A stretch of DNA of 64,000 nucleotides. Origin: Centroscyllium fabricii. Its lineage: Eukaryota. Both the position numbers and the translations under genes were made by a program. Within the stretch, counting starts at the first letter, position 1; each line of letters begins with the position of its first letter. The notes beneath the pieces are model-generated. The model was not told the origin of the DNA and ran no database searches. It saw only the letters and a list, made by a program, of their open reading frames with translations. Where the stretch lies: the NCBI GenBank assembly GCA_051313645.2, contig JBNRSN020000008.1, positions 121,644,001 to 121,708,000 of the forward strand, in the 5' to 3' direction. Below are positions 37,865 through 51,685 of the stretch, in pieces.

Positions 37865-38120
37865 TTAATTGCATTTATATAGCACTTTGTCACTGTCCAA
37901 AACACTTTACGACCATTGAATTCAAGTGCAGTCATTTTATGTAGGAAAGCAACTGCTAATTTGGGCACAGCAAGGTCCTACAAACAGCAAACGAATGAAT
38001 AATCAGATAATCTATATTTGGTGGTGTTGGTCGAGGGAGGAATGTCGGCCAGGGTAGCAGGAGAACATCCTGCTTTCTTCGAATAGAGCCATGGGATTTC
38101 TGTTTTAAGCCCACCTGATT
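37865..38120 (-). mobile_element. DeuSINE (SacSINE1-like) fragment
   Basis: ttgcatttatatagcacttt...gcacagcaaggtcc...cttcgaatagagccatgggat; similar to 17528-17790. Confidence 0.65.
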
Positions 38121-38219
38121 ATAATCCGTTATAGGATCACTATCGAAACAGAAAACATTAAGACTTACTTTCTTCAAGAACGTGTGGAAGAGAATCAACA
38201 TGTTAAGCAATCAAGCACA

Positions 38220-39368
38220 GTAGAAAATGTTGGAAAAACTCAGCAGGCCAGGCACCATCTCTGGAGAGAATAGAGTCGACATTTCGGGTTGGGACCCTTT
38301 ATCAGGACTAAATCTGGGGAATGAAACAAGCAGGAAGGCGGCGGGAGGGGGGAGGGAACAAAGAGAGGACAGCACAAAGAGAAAAGACTTTGAGAGGGAT
38401 TCAAAATGAGACGAGATGCTGTGGACAGGAGACAGCTGTAGATTAGGTGTGAAAACTCTGGCAGAACGGCAGGTGGCTGCCACGAGAGAGAAAAGAAAGG
38501 CCAAATAAAAGGTGTGGATAAAAATAGGTAAAAATATAATGGGGGCCGATGTTATGATCTGAAATTGTTGAACTCGATATTGAGTCCGGAGGGCTGTAAA
38601 ATGCCTAATCGGAAGATGAGGTGCTGTTCCTCGAGTTTACGTTGAGCTTCCGAGGAACACTGTAATTGGCCAAGGACAGAGAGATCAGAGTGGGAGTGAA
38701 GCGGATAATTAAAGTGACAGGTGACCGGGAGCTCAGGATCCCCCTGCGGAACACCTCCGTTCAGTCCGTAAGGGGGATTCTGAGCTCCCAGCCGCCTGTC
38801 ACTTTAATTCTCCGCTTCACTCCCACTCTAATCTCTCTGTCCTTGGCCTATTACATTGTTCCTCAGAAGCTCAACGTAAACTCGAGGAACAACACCTCAT
38901 CTGACGATTGGGCACTCTACAGCCCTCCGGACTCAATATCGAGTTCAACAATTTCAGATCATAACTTTGGTCCCCATTATATTTTTACCTATTTTTATCC
39001 ACACCTTTTATTTGGCCTTTCTTTTCTCTATTGTGGCAGCCACCTCCCATTCTGCCAGAGTTTTTCACACCTAATGTACAGCTGTCTCCTGTCCACAGCA
39101 TCTCCTCTCATTTTGAATACCTCTCAAAGTCTTTTCTCTTTGTGTTGTCTTCTCTTTGTTCCTGCCCACCTCCCCCCCGCCCCACCCCCCCCCCCCCCCC
39201 CCCCCAGCCTTCCTGCTTGTTTCATTCCCCAGCTTTAGTCTTGATAAAGGGTCCTGACCCGAAACGTCGACTTTATATTTCTCTCCACGGATGTTGCCTG
39301 GCCTGCTGAGTTTTTCCAGCATTTTCTGCTGTTGTTTCGGATTTCCAGCATCTGCAGTATTTTGCTAT
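38220..39368. mobile_element. Penelope-like retroelement 3' end as a ~530-bp-arm inverted duplication (GIY-YIG endonuclease C-terminus plus pseudo-LTR)
   Basis: 38746-38964 reads AEHLRSVRKGDSELPAACHFNSPLHSHSNLSVLGLLHCSSEAQRKLEEQHLI*RLGTLQPSGLNIEFNNFRS*; mirror copy 38220-38750; degenerate hammerheads at 39237-39272 (+) and 38274-38309 (-); flanking CAATCAAGCACA / CAATCAAACACA. Confidence 0.92.
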
Positions 39369-42300
39369 CAATCAAACACAATAATTGATGTTGAGCAACG
39401 TTTACAGACAAATAATGGAGAAATAGCAATTAAATAACATGTTAAAAATGTTACCTCTTGTGGACTCTTCCTGTCAACTTTTTCCATTATAAATCCCTAT
39501 GTCCATCTTTATAATGGAAACTGCCTTTGCCAACTTGTCACCTTGGAATTACACCCTCATGCCAATTGTGCAGGCAGCGCCACCACCGGTGGGAAGTGAT
39601 AATCGCAGTGTGACAAGTTTACATAATCAGTGTCCATTGTAAGTGAGGAGATAGGAATTTTAAAATGTGTTACTTTAAAATGAAGACAGAATTATGTTTG
39701 CCCGCCCTGGTCCACTGCCCTTAATCCCGTTACACTTGAAGACTGCACTTGCTCATGACTCCTGCTGTACAACACCAAGGGCGACGGACTAGTAGAGAAG
39801 TAATTACATTTGTGCCAAGCTTTATTCGCGAACATTGCAGATCGTGATGAAATTGCAGTTCCAGTAGTGCAAGATTTAACAGATACAAGGGCCTATAACA
39901 TCTTGGTAGTGCACTCAGATGTGTGTTTAGATAATTAGGGACAAGAACGATATATTGTCCAAACAATTTGAATGTTCAAGCTAGTTCATCTTACAAACCA
40001 GGTAGTAGAATTTATTTTGTCTCTATATCACTCTCAAGTGGAACAATACACGGGGGTGGGATTCGCTTGAACACTTTTATATTGCTCTCCATACCATAGC
40101 GTCCTCTCTTTGTTTGACGAAATTCTGAAATTTTTGAATAAATAGTAGAAGCACATTTGCATAACATACCATTCTAATTCAGTAGCAGAAGCAAACTTTT
40201 TGCATTTTAACTGCATTTGAATTCCAGACACGTCAACAGAATACTCTTTCTGTTCATTAATAGATCTTATGTCTGGCAAGTGAAATTCTTCTGATGTGGG
40301 ATTGGTTTGGACCGGTACACATAGAATATCTAATCCATAAGAATCGGCGCACCTACTATCATCCCCAGATACATTCCCTTGTACTCATATGGAGGAGCTG
40401 GGATCGGAAGCTGACATTTTCTTTTTTTAATGCAATAATTCTACAGGATGAATTTTAGCGTGACGTGTTGCTTTATATGCATGTTCTGCCCTACTGCAAC
40501 AAACAATATGGCGCATTCGATTGTGTTTATTGTGCAAAGGACGTTTACACTATTTAAAGAACATTTAACAAAGGTTTTTTAATTAAGCAACTGCCTTTTA
40601 TAAATATTGCTATATTCTCTTCAGATAGACAGGCCTTTGAAACTGTTGAAATATTTGTGTTGCGTTGCTTACAAGATACTTAGGACTGTGGGATCAGAGT
40701 ATCCTTATGTGGCTTGCAAAGCAGTAAATTACTTTAGTAGTTCCAACTAGAACATACGCGCAAAAGGTGAGGTAGGAGACGTTCGCAGCATCAAGTGATT
40801 CATTGGTTGCTAATAGCATTAGCTTAAAGACGTATTTCGTTACCCTGATTATTGTTGCCAGATTCAATCTATTTTATTCCTAGGTACATTTTACGTGCAA
40901 GGTTAATATCTCTGTATATCTGAAATATCACAAGTACATTTTGATCTAGTTTTAGCAACTGTGTAGGATTTTATTTTCAAATACGTATGATGAGTAATAT
41001 AGTTTGTTGATACTTGGACAGTTAGGGGTTGATAATATTTGGTTTCCAGTTGGGAGAAACAATAGTAAGAATTCTGTGGCGTGTAATCTGGTTTCATTCA
41101 GGTATTAATGTCAGCCATTACGTTTGACAAAAACGACATGTTTACGATAATGTATATTCAAACGGGACTCATATAACCTGAATCATAGTCACTCTCACTT
41201 TAATGAATATTGTTAGCTGGATATATATGTTATCAACTTTTTTAAAAATGTATCTATTGTTATTAACGAATTTTGGAGTAAATCCCTTTAAGTAGATACT
41301 TGTGTATTTGAAATATCGATTTTACCATGCTTACAGCTCAAATTGCATCGGGTTGCTTTGCGTGTAATGTGTCACGCAACCTGAGTGCTCCGCTAGTCTA
41401 CAAGTTTAAGGTGCATATAAAGCAAAACTGGTCATGTTTAAGAAAACCTTCGAGTTGTAATTAGAAAAATATGTAACAAATTGTGCAAAAAGAAAATGAT
41501 TACTAATACTTCATAGTGAATGTTGGCAATGATTTCTGTAGTTAATAAAATGTTAAGCATTGCCCATGGTCTTAATTTTCAACCGAAATTATTATGAATG
41601 CTTCAGGTTTATGAATCGCTTTATGATCCGAAGATCGTTCAGAATAACATCCTGCAAATATTTTAAACAATAAATGCTACATGTTATTTTCAGTAACCCA
41701 AATACCAGTTTAAAACATCAAAGAAAATATACCAGCAAGGGTAAAAGATCAATTTTAATAGTCAAAACAAAATAAACAGAATGTTATATGTTGGAAGCAG
41801 ATTTTCCAGCCACAGTTCTCCGCAGAATTCACCAAGAGACAGTGGGGAGTTTATGTTGAACTTCGCTGAGAACATAAAACATTGAAAGAAAATGGCTGTG
41901 ACCAAAATAACGTTGAAATAAATACCTTCAATTTTTTTTAGAGAAATTGTCTAAAACTTCAATTCTGTTCGCTAACTAATACCAACATATGACAATAAAT
42001 AAAATTTAACAGAAACAGTATTTACTGCCACACTTTTCAAATAAAATGCGGAATGTTTAAACTTATGTTTACATCATACCTAGTTGCTCTGAGACCTTCC
42101 GCTTGAAATTCTGTTTCAATCTTATTCAATTTTCCAATGAAAATTATGTTTCATTTTTAAGGCGGGCTAACGCACACTAATCTGTAAATTAATGTTTCAT
42201 TTTGCATGGTACCACAGGTATTACTGACTTTGAACAAAGATCTGACAAAAGTTAGCAAGAGGATGGAATTTTTCAAAGCTGTGTTATAAATCACAGCTAA

Positions 42301-42371
42301 CTCCAATCTTTGAAATTCTCACATAAATCCCAGGGAGCTGTTGAGTTGCTTTAAACCGCTGTTTACCATCT

Positions 42372-42413
42372 TTCTTTCTCTCTCTCTCTCTCTTTCTCTC
42401 CCTCCCTCTCTCT
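42372..42413. repeat. (CT)n polypyrimidine microsatellite
   Basis: ttctttctctctctctctctctttctctccctccctctctctc. Confidence 0.85.
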
Positions 42414-44901
42414 CCACCTTGACCTTGGCCTTCATCTACTTCCGGAAAGAACCCCTTTGTCTGCATACCGGTGATGCGATCAACTTGAGACAGCGGCATA
42501 TTTTTAAATCCGATCCTGCATTTTCCCGGAATTCTAAATAAAAGCAGCCATCCGAAATCAATCGGTAGCATGTTTTTTTCACATTGAAAGTAGGAGCAGA
42601 TCACTTCTTATGGGGTTTTTTCTGACGATACCATCCGCATGTTTTTAAATAAACGCGCTGTGCTTATTCAGAAACAGATACTCGAATAGAAAGGACAAGC
42701 ATTGAACTCGCTGTTGTGAAATTCTTTATCTTCAAGTTATTATTTAGAAACGCTATTGGAACTATTTCACGAAATCTAGTCGAAGGGTACCAAGTCAGTG
42801 CAGAAAATGTTTTTTTAAATGAAGAAAGGAAACCAAAGGATGCACAGGAATGAATGAATGTAATTTAGTGTAAAAAGCATGGTTTCCATTCGTCTCTCTA
42901 TGCCGCGGATGCTTGTAGATAGAATCTGCGTTGTCTGTGTGAAATAACCGCTCATATTGTAGTTTTCCAGTCTTCCCTTTGACATTCTGAAAAAGATGTA
43001 AGGCAAGATTCAAAATGCTTTCTTTGAAATGTGAAATAACCCTTATTTTGCACATGCACAGAATATCGTTTTCCAGTTGTTTGGTGTTTTCAATTATTCT
43101 TTGCCGAAAAATTCTTATCGGTTTCTTTGAGTGGTAACCTCGTCAACAGATTTACTTGTGTCTGGACTCTGCGACTTTCAGGAAGATGTGAAAATATGTG
43201 CAGTGGAACAGTGAGATGGAGCCCCCTCAGTGTGCCACAATATTTCACACTGAAAACCAGGTCACAATATCCCATCTCTTTCCATTATCCGTTTAACATT
43301 TGTAAAATGCTACTGCCACTGCTATTATTGTAGCTAACTGTAATATATAACTTGCATCTAAATATCTCACCAAAATGGAATTGCTTCGTTTTAGTGAATC
43401 ACAAAATGTGATGCAATATTTGTAGCGCATGTTATTCTAAGGTAACCTGCAAAGTACCGTTTGGTTTGTCTAACAAAACGTGTTTATTAAACGTGATTTT
43501 TCCAACTTTGGGAATATGTATTGGGAGTGTATTTTGGTGGAAAAAATAGATACTTTTTCCATCTTTTCTTATAGTTAAAGATAGATTGTAGTAATCAAAA
43601 TATGTCCTATATTCAATAGCAGAGTGATATTGCTGAATATTTCTATGTTTTTACCCTACGGTCTGTAATAGCAATGGAGTGAATTGAATCATACAGTCGA
43701 ATTATGCTGGAACTTTCCCACAAAAAAATAATTTTCAGATTATAAATAAAATAGGGCCTGTGGAGAAAACCAGCATTTATTAAATTTTGTGGCCGCCTCC
43801 GAAATCATATTTTTGTCCGTTTGACGCACGTAATTGAAAATTCTGGCATAGTCAAATAGCAATTGGAAAGTTGATAATGTGGAATAATTTAGCGCATTTG
43901 CTGCAAAATGTAAACTAATCCCAATATGCGAAAATCGTGTGCTAAAAAGGCAGTGGGATGATGCAAAATAAAGAACATTACGTGTAAATCGAAATGAAAT
44001 ATCAGACATCTGAAAACTCCACGCCCCCGAAAAACATAAGCTGAGTTTAAGGAAGTACTGAATAAAACGCGCCCCTTATTTACAGATCGGGTATCTGAGC
44101 GAAACTTAAATGTAGATCCAATTAATTTCCGCTCGGATTTTTGAAAATTTAGTATATATACAATCTGAGCGGAACTCGATATATATATGACCGTCTTATG
44201 AGTTAGAAATGAATGATCTTTAACATTTATTTCACAGTTGCATACAGAATAATGCAAATCGCATCGTTTTATATATAGGACATTTTATATGTTATCCCGA
44301 ACGTCACATTTTGATGCTAAACGGGTTATTAGCGAGATTCTTCGCCACAATATAAGAAAATGCAAAAAATGGTCACCACTGTGCCTTTTATTTATTATGT
44401 CACAGTATGATTCCACTCCCAATTTGAATGGTTATTTTGCAAAAGTTGTCCAAAACTTTATTTGAAAGGGAAAACAATGAAGAATAGAAAATTGACTCAA
44501 AGAATATTTCATGTATACTGTACTTGTAATTTACTGATCCTACAAACTCTATAATATATTATGCAAGTCATCAATAATATTAATACAAATAAATCTGAAT
44601 GAAATACATCAGTAAAAGTATTTCCATGGAAAACACTATCCTGTGTTATGTTTACAATGCACATCATCTCTGTTAGTCATTTATAATGAATTAATTTTGG
44701 AAAAAATTAAATTGTTTTAACATCGGGAAAGGGGTGCAACGACTGCTGAAGCCAGCTTCAGTTGCTGCGTATCACGTGGCCAGAATCGACCTATCAGGTT
44801 TCACTCAGTCAGTGCACTCTCTAATCAGTGAAAATAAGCACCTCTTCCCACTCCCGAGGCTGCTTTTATAAAGCAGTACTTAGTTCGCAGTGGGTCGTGA
44901 T

Positions 44902-46206
44902 ATGACAGCTTCGCTTCTTTCAGCCCCTTGGAGGACTGATACAATCAGGTACCTGCACAACAGAAACAACACAACTAACTCGGAGATGGAAGGACTGGGA
45001 GGGAACGTCCCTTCCAATCAATGCAGGAATTTTCTACCTCCCTCTGCATTTGGAGCTCATCACAACTCTTTATCTTCGGGTCCTGCTTACTCCGTCGGAG
45101 ACCGAACGCATTCTGTCATTTCTGAATCTGCTAAGCAGTGCAGCCCATGTCCAGCTCCTACAAGCCCTCCAAATCCAGCGATCAGTTACGGCTATCATTT
45201 TGGAAGCAGCTATTACAGTTGTCGAAATGTTGGCATTCAACAAACTGGACTGAAATCTGGTGCTCATGCATCTCTAGCCGGTTATCCAGTGGACAAATAC
45301 ATGGACGTTTCGGGTTTGACTAACACTCCTGTCCCCACTGACGAGGTGTCATCCAGGGCAAAAGAATTTGCTTTTTATCAGAGCTACCCCAATCCATACC
45401 AACGGGTCTCTGGTTATTTGGACGTTCCAGTAGTCCCTACAATAAGCGGCCACGGAGAGCCAAGGCATGAAGCCTTAATATCCATGGAGGGCTATCAGCC
45501 TTGGACATTTGCTAATGGCTGGAACGGTCAAGTGTATTGCCCTAAAGATCAGACACAGACTTCACATTTTTGGAAATCGCCTCTTTCAGGTATCATGAAA
45601 TATTTTTCACTGAGAAACGTTACGCTCATTTTAAATATAAAGCACACAAAATAATTCCACTGTCGTTTGGTTTAATCTTAGCAGCAATTCTCCAGTCTTT
45701 TAATTTACAATATTTCAAACGAATAATTCATGGAACACAGAATAACCATGTATCAGAATTAATGCGCTGAAATGTGCGATTGGCCGTATGCCTAAATGTC
45801 TCAAATGAGTTGCTAAGAGTATATTTTAAAAGCCAGAAGTATGGGTTGTCATTTTTCTTTTTAATGTTTCATCTAACACCTTCGTTTATTTGCAATATCT
45901 TTTGAACTGCTATTGTTTGAAGTTTATATTCTTATAATTTGCATTTCCCCCTCAGGAGATGTGATGCACAACCAGACTGACATCAACATTTACAGACGAG
46001 GGAGGAAGAAAAGGGTTCCTTATACGAAAACCCAGCTTAAAGAACTCGAGCGAGAATACGCCGCAAACAAATTCATAACTAAGGAGAAAAGACGAAGGAT
46101 ATCAACAGGCACCAGCCTGACCGAAAGACAAGTCACCATCTGGTTTCAGAACAGAAGAGTCAAGGAAAAGAAAGTAGTTTCCAAAGTCAAAGAAAATATA
46201 CCTTGA
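44902..46206 (+). CDS. hoxd13: Homeobox D13; exons 44902-45589 and 45956-46206; about 312 aa
   Basis: MTASLL start; Hox13 N-terminal motifs ([46 protein letters not shown]); homeodomain [37 protein letters not shown]...[14 protein letters not shown]; phase-1 GT-AG intron. Confidence 0.96.
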
Positions 46207-48749
46207 TACCGCAAACATCAGTAACCAGTAATGGTGCATTGTAAATTATATGCGATGGTCTTTCTTTTAGAAAAGAAAACTACATGAATGTAGGAGACGT
46301 CCAAGACTCATCTTCGGATTTACAAAAAAATCTTTAAATGACAATTTCCACGAAATCTTGTGCAAAACTTTGCTAAAATATTTGATGTGACTTCATCACC
46401 ACAATCAAACAAATAAGGCACTCTGTTTAATAAGAGTGTGAACAGTTCCACATTCATATACTTGCATTGTGTTACCGTGCGGGATTATTTTCACGAGTGA
46501 CATTGCAAACACTGTTGCAAAGTAATGCATCACTCAGTCTTAAGTAACATTTTCGTGGGTTCAGCTGAGTTACTGGAGGTTTTACAATACGCAGATAAAA
46601 TGGCGACTACAACTGATAACCCATGCTAACCCAAAGGTTGACATTAAGTAGTGTATTTCTAACTTTCTTAATGCAAGGCGATTTTTATTTAACATTTAAG
46701 TTTTCAGTCATGCTTTGCAAGACGTACCATGGCTGCATTGAAAATGGGTTCAAATGCTGATCATATATTCTAGCAGCAAAATCCATTCTGTTGTGAATGA
46801 TTGGAATTATATTGCTAAAATAGCATTGTAAGTCAGTGCCAGTTAGAAATTATTTACAAGACTAAGTGTGGCACAACCCCATAAGATACTTTATCATTTT
46901 AACGGCAGCGAATTTACAATCATTTGCATAATAAATTATTTAGTCCAGATATCGAAAGGGCCTTCTGTTTACTCACGCCAGAAAGTTCAATAGTAACACG
47001 TTTCCCTAAGCAAATGTAAACAGAAATTTCAGTCTCAAGTGAAATGCTTGTCAAATTTAAAAGGCTTAAAATGTCTTAAAAGGTTATGAGTTAAAATATG
47101 AAAACCTATGTGTCTGCATTTTGAACATTTTGTTCAATTTAAACTGTTATTTTCAAAACAAATGCTAATATATTTGAAAGTCCCACGGTCGTTTTCAATG
47201 CGGTGCCTTTAATTGAAACATTTACAGTTGTTTTCTAATTAGTAACTTGTTATGCTGTATACTTAAATTACTTCATTATTGTAATCATGATAACTATGCG
47301 AGTAAAATCGTGGAGACGTTTGGCATTATTCCTATGTTTTATGTACATTTTTAACGCAAGCCTTTGTTCATATTGTCCATCATTTCCTTTACCGAGTTAA
47401 ATATGAACTCGCGTGGTTTTCTTACTTTGATTTATGCCATGTAAAATATTAAAACAAATCACACGTCAACTGTCTCCAAGCTTGACATTTCTTGTAAATG
47501 AGTTCAATATATTTTGTCTTGTCACATCGCCACCCTCTATATTAAGCTGCACAGTATTTATACCAATGCTTCTCTAATCTACACATGTACACAAGTGCCG
47601 CGGTATTTGGGGGCGAAAATACAAACACTAACGCCATAATAATAGAAGAAATAAATAGGATTTACGGTATCAATAAACTGTAAGGAATTGGAAATGCTGG
47701 TGTTGAAAGACAGTATTTGCTAATATTTTTAATAATGCTTTGTGGTAGCATGTTTATCCAGCATTTGGTTGCTGGGTATTTTGTAAATATAAATTAAACT
47801 ATTTGAAAGATGTATTGTTTCCAGGTTGCAGCGCTTTAAAACAAATTGTGAGCAGGCCAAATTAAACGCAGAAAATGAGTAAAATCACAAATAGTGTCGA
47901 AGAATTCAAGCTAGTGATATGAAAAAAAATCTTGTCAGGATTGATGACGTTATGTAATTTGCCCTTGTACGGGTTAATTCAAATTAGAGTTATCTTCATT
48001 TCACATAAGCATTCCAACCTATTTTAAGGTTTGCCACAAATAATTACTGGTTGGTTAATAAACTGGTTGGCAAAAAGTACCATTTAGTTATCAAAAGCAA
48101 CTCATTTGCAGAGAGGCATGCTAAAATATGTGCTATAACAACGTCTTTTCGAATATTAAATACAACTAAACGTGTAAACAATCCAGTTAATTATTTTTAT
48201 CTTATATCTAAATTGAAACATTTAGTGGGCTAACGTGTAATCTCCGCACAGATGTAAACATCTATTGTACCATCCCTGTCGGCGACGGTGCGTAAATAAA
48301 ACAACACATGATAATGTGGGTAAGGTGTTCACCACAGTACAAATGTAGCCTGGATTTGCAATGCTCCTTTTTTTTAAAGGGAGATTATTACTGGTATAAG
48401 GAAATGGGGGAGATAAATCAGTTCCTAATTTTTAAAATAGAAATATTAAGTGATGAAGTTCATAATTAAACTAAGTGAGATTGAGTGCATTTATATGAGC
48501 AGGAACTTAGGAGGTGATAATGCTCCTGACCCTACCTCTTTATTTACCAGCTGCTAACATTGTCTAACCATAATCCTGTGCATTGGGATAAGTTCTGCTA
48601 GTCAACCATAGAAGAAAATTAAAAGGAATTGAGTTAAATTAAAACTCCATATTCTGTCATATTTTCTTTTATTAAATTTGGTGGAGCTTCGTGACATTAG
48701 ATACATTTTTGGAAGGATGTTCAGCGCTCTGACGTCAAATTTCTATTTA

Positions 48750-48920
48750 CCATTGACCTTGACTATGGTTATAGTCTTTGACCTTGACTTTATTTAGCAT
48801 CATGAATAATGAAGACGACCCTGATCGCAGAGCTAGTTCGCCATCTGCTGGATAATCTGCTGTAAAACATGAAGCAACATAGTTGTTACAATCGAAGCGC
48901 GGGCCACAAGATGGTCGTTC
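48750..48920. promoter_or_regulatory. Regulatory block between hoxd13 and hoxd12: two TGACCTTG half-sites and two divergent CTCF-like motifs
   Basis: ttgaccttgact twice (48753-48789); TTCGCCATCTGCTGGA at 48837-48852; GGCCACAAGATGGTCG at 48902-48917. Confidence 0.5.
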
Positions 48921-51685
48921 GTACTTTACGCTGCAAACCAGTGTCAGAAGTACTATTTAGGCCAACAGTTTGGCTTTACATCCAAGAACTTATTGATAGG
49001 TTGTATTGACAACTTAGACAGCAGTGTTGCCTATTTTGCAAGAAATGCGCGAGAAAGTAAGTCTTTCAACCCAAGCTATGTAAGCTTTGCGAGGTTCGGT
49101 GTTCAACGTGTTAACAATTTGAGGTTTATTATTTTACATCATTTAAATTTAGCGTGTTTCCACGAACTTGTACACCGCTTGCATTTTCTACATGTTGGTC
49201 TACATGTTCACATCCCGGATAACCAAGCACACCACGGGATTGGTGTTCTATTGTGAATAAAGAATGTAAGTAAGTTAGCCTTAGTGCAGCAGTAGTTTCT
49301 AAGAAATATGTAACAGATAAATTGCTCGATTGTAGTTTTCTTCAGGATATTTTTTAATAGAATTTCATAACCAGTATTTAAATGTTAACCGTGATCGAAT
49401 GAGGGTTTTGAGAAAACATCACTAACTATAAAGCAGCGTTTGTTGTGGGAAGTGTAAAGTGAGAATTCTTTACCCGATTTCATTCCTTGGCTACATTCAT
49501 TCAATGAAAACCTCAATTGTGGCCGATGTGATACGATTTGAAGTTGAAGTGGCTCTTCATTCTAAAACACACATTTCTCACTAAAACGAAGCTAACATCT
49601 TTTCTAAAAAAAAATTATGGCGATTTGATTTAATTCGACATTGACCTTGAACTGAGTTACAGTTTAATTTCTTGGAGTTATTTCGAGTTTTTACAAGAAA
49701 TGTTAGGTAGAGGCCCGCCTTCGGTTAAGTGCCTTTGTTCGCAATTGCGTTTGGATTTTAATGTCTAACTAAAGAAACCACGTTCGGCATTTTTAGGGCG
49801 GCGTGAGATCATAAAAGGGACAGAGGAGAAACAGTGTTTTTTTCTTTCCGGTGAGGATGTGACTGCGGTCTCTGCTTTGATTTTATTGCACATGATTTTA
49901 ACTGAAAGGGCCATATTATAAATAGCTAAGTATATACATTAGAGAGTAAGGTAAATTGTTAAATTATAGACCGCCAATTATTAACAATGTAAACAAAAAT
50001 ATTTTAAAATATTACATGTCTGCAGTCGATGCGGCGCTAGAAATAAATCGCGCGAGCTATGCGTGAATTTTAATTATCTAAAGTCACATTTGGCCCCAGA
50101 ATTAGTTGCATAGTTCGATAGGGTAGACGCATTATATTAAATTTTATTCCATTTGCTTTACTATCGATAAACTTTAGTACTATTAGTTAAAATGTTAAAT
50201 GGATAACACCCACATTAATGTTTAAATCATTGATACAATAGATCGCGCTTAGGTCTGTAAATCCTGCTCAAAATACGTTTCTAAACATTCTGAAGTTAGC
50301 AGATGCAAGAGAGCGAATCTCTTCTTTTGGCTTTGTCACCAGCGTTGCAAATATTATCCTTTACTCCAACAGTCTTGTTTCAACATTTGCTTTGTCTAAG
50401 TATGAAATGAGGGTTTGCGGTCCTCTAACAACGGGCAGCAATTTTAGGAATTCTTATGATTTAAAAAAAACTAAAATCTTGCCGTCTAATATGTTAAGAG
50501 TTGCCACGACCAATCTACTGGATTTTGACTGAAATGTACGCATTATAAACACAGACACACAACCGAATTTAACTTCAATATTTTCACATGGAGCGGCTCA
50601 TATTCAACCCAATAGAACTGCGCAACATTATTCTAATCTGATGTGGACAGACTAAGAACTGGACCATTTTAGTTTCCGCCTAATAATGCATAACACGCTT
50701 TATTATAATAAACTTAATAAATTGTTATCAAAACTGTCTGAGATAATTGAATTCAACGACGATAATTAGAACATGACCATTACTTACATTACAGTAAACA
50801 CCATGCTGATGTGGGGCTTTGTTTAATTTTATGAATGCGCATTTTTCATCTAAAAATCTAAGTTAGTCTTGGCGCATTGTATTCGGCATATATTAGCTGC
50901 TTTATTCGATTTTTAAACCGTCCCTTAATTCACGGAATATAATTTATAAATTCTTTAGGTAATTTGTTCACTTGTTTGGTTTACTTGTCTTTTATGTTAA
51001 CAAAATGAAATAAAATAAAACTATATAGCGTGCCTGATTTAAACATAAATGCGCTTCTCGTAGGAATCAGTATTGCCCAAAAAATTGGCCGCTAATATGG
51101 AGCTAAAAGTAATGCGTTGAAATATAAAAATCTACCGACATTTGTAATGAACATGTTGCATTTTTTATTCGGCCTAAGTAGATGTTACGAATTATCACCC
51201 GTTAAAATAGCGCATTATCGCTGCTAATGCATCATATCGGTTTTAGTTATTTGGTCTTCAAGAATGGTTGAAACTGGTTTGAAATAGTCAAGAGAACACA
51301 TGAGCATTTCGGATATTTAACGCTTTATTAATCAAATATAACGTAACTAATAGAACGGTTAATCGGCGCATTCTGTGAAATGTTCGGAGCTCTATTGAAA
51401 CTGTATGTTCAATTTATTGCGTTGTAACAATTTTTCTGAACTATGCATCCTGTTGACTTCAGCGAGTTGCGTCCCGTGAGCTGCCGTTGGGTGGGATGAA
51501 GGTGCACATGGACGTGGACTTGGCCATTTCAGATGTGAGTTGTATTGGAATAGAGGCGGTGACAGAAAAAAAGCTGCTTCCGCTTGTCTTGTGACTCTCC
51601 CGGAGCCAATCGGCGAGCGCCTTTCGTTTATCTCTGTCTGGAAGCTAAATAGGGGACAGAGAAGATCTGATCGCGCTCCTCGGAA

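Noticed and set aside
38666-39322. 190-aa and neighbouring ORFs
   Set aside because: Off-frame readings of the Penelope inverted repeat; the real GIY-YIG frame has a stop
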